The translations under genes were made by a program, and so were the position numbers. A stretch of DNA of 62,951 nucleotides, filler included, from Octopus bimaculoides (Eukaryota), in the NCBI RefSeq assembly GCF_001194135.2. It is 6 parts of 6 records of this genome, joined end to end, with 100 filler letters (N's around TTAATTAATTAA, not from the genome) between each part and the next. Parts side by side here need not be neighbours in the genome. Positions count along the whole stretch, not along the records: positions 61,814 to 62,951 come from NW_026422845.1; 5 more parts are not named here. One strand, 5' to 3'. Below are positions 62,400-62,951 of the stretch, in pieces. Within the stretch, counting starts at the first letter, position 1; each line of letters opens with the position of its first letter. Under the pieces are notes generated by a model. That model was not told the DNA's origin, did not search any database, and saw only the letters and a list, made by a program, of their open reading frames with translations.

Positions 62400-62575
62400 C
62401 ATGAACTAACTATTACTTTCTCAGATGCAGCACAGAATTTTGTCAGTGAACAGGTCGCGGTCTCAGAGCGACGAAAATATTTTGACAAATTAAATTTAAA
62501 TGTTGAAGTGAATCTAACGGATTTTGTGTGTTATTTTAAATGGCTTATAAACACCTTCCACGCTGCAATTGTATA
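62400..62575 (+). mobile_element. Short pLTR-like repeat with a decayed hammerhead, ending in (TA)n
   Basis: 62441-62487: TGTCA GTGAACA g GTCGC ggtctcaga GCGAC GAAA ATAT TT TGACA. Confidence 0.55.
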
Positions 62576-62610
62576 TATATATATATATATAAACATAGAT
62601 ATATAATATA

Positions 62611-62951
62611 CTAGCAGTATAACCCGACGTTGTCCGGGTGTGACTTATTACGCCATCTACGATAAGTCTTGCTAGTTGAAAATAAACTAAAAAGGAAAGC
62701 CTTACAATGAAAAAACCCTTATGATGTAAACATGTTTATGATTCAAAAGACGAAATTAATAGGGAAAGTCTGAAGGCTGTTTTGTGTAACATTATTAAGT
62801 GTACGTAAATTTCATCCGTCTAATTGGCTATACAAACGCTTGTGCAAAACAACTTTTTGCGCTGCCTTGATTATACATAGCAAGGCAATTCCTTTTCGCA
62901 AGAGCTGCTAGGACGGCAATTTGTGATGAAGCAATTGCTGGCGATCTGTTG
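62611..62951 (-). mobile_element. Helitron 3' end
   Basis: CTAG at 62611-62614 plus the hairpin ACCCGAC-gtt-GTCCGGGT (62622-62639); same layout as 29353. Confidence 0.6.

Noticed and set aside
1-62951. CRISPR arrays, rRNA, prokaryotic operons
   Set aside because: No repeat-spacer arrays or rRNA motifs; the sequence is eukaryotic repeat-rich DNA.

Overview
AT-rich, microsatellite-dense, heavily gapped metazoan genomic DNA. The SINE families, the simple-repeat load and the Penelope/Tx1/R4 content look like a coleoid cephalopod, probably Octopus; this is pattern recognition, not a database match. I found no intact host protein-coding gene, only a few candidate + strand exons and promoter-like patches. 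Most long ORFs in the track are artefacts of N-gaps and microsatellites. The recognisable content is: (i) pieces of at least three lineages of Penelope-like elements (PLEs; RT plus C-terminal GIY-YIG), including one nearly complete copy at 43.2-46.7 kb with an inverted 5' pseudo-LTR; (ii) about 30 copies of several tRNA-derived SINE families; (iii) remnants of L1/Tx1, R4/Dong-type, CR1-group and possibly Hero LINEs; (iv) remnants of Chapaev, Tigger/pogo, hAT, Helitron and Helentron-like DNA elements. The main signal beyond this annotation is about 11 hammerhead-ribozyme-like motifs from several unrelated repeat families; most have self-complementary (dimer-type) stem III and non-canonical cores. 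The most interesting case is a 385-bp insertion at 51449-51833, flanked by an 11-bp TSD. It joins a tRNA-like head, a microsatellite and a hammerhead-containing tail, with a second inverted tail copy. It is a candidate Penelope-mobilised, Pol III-type ribozyme SINE.
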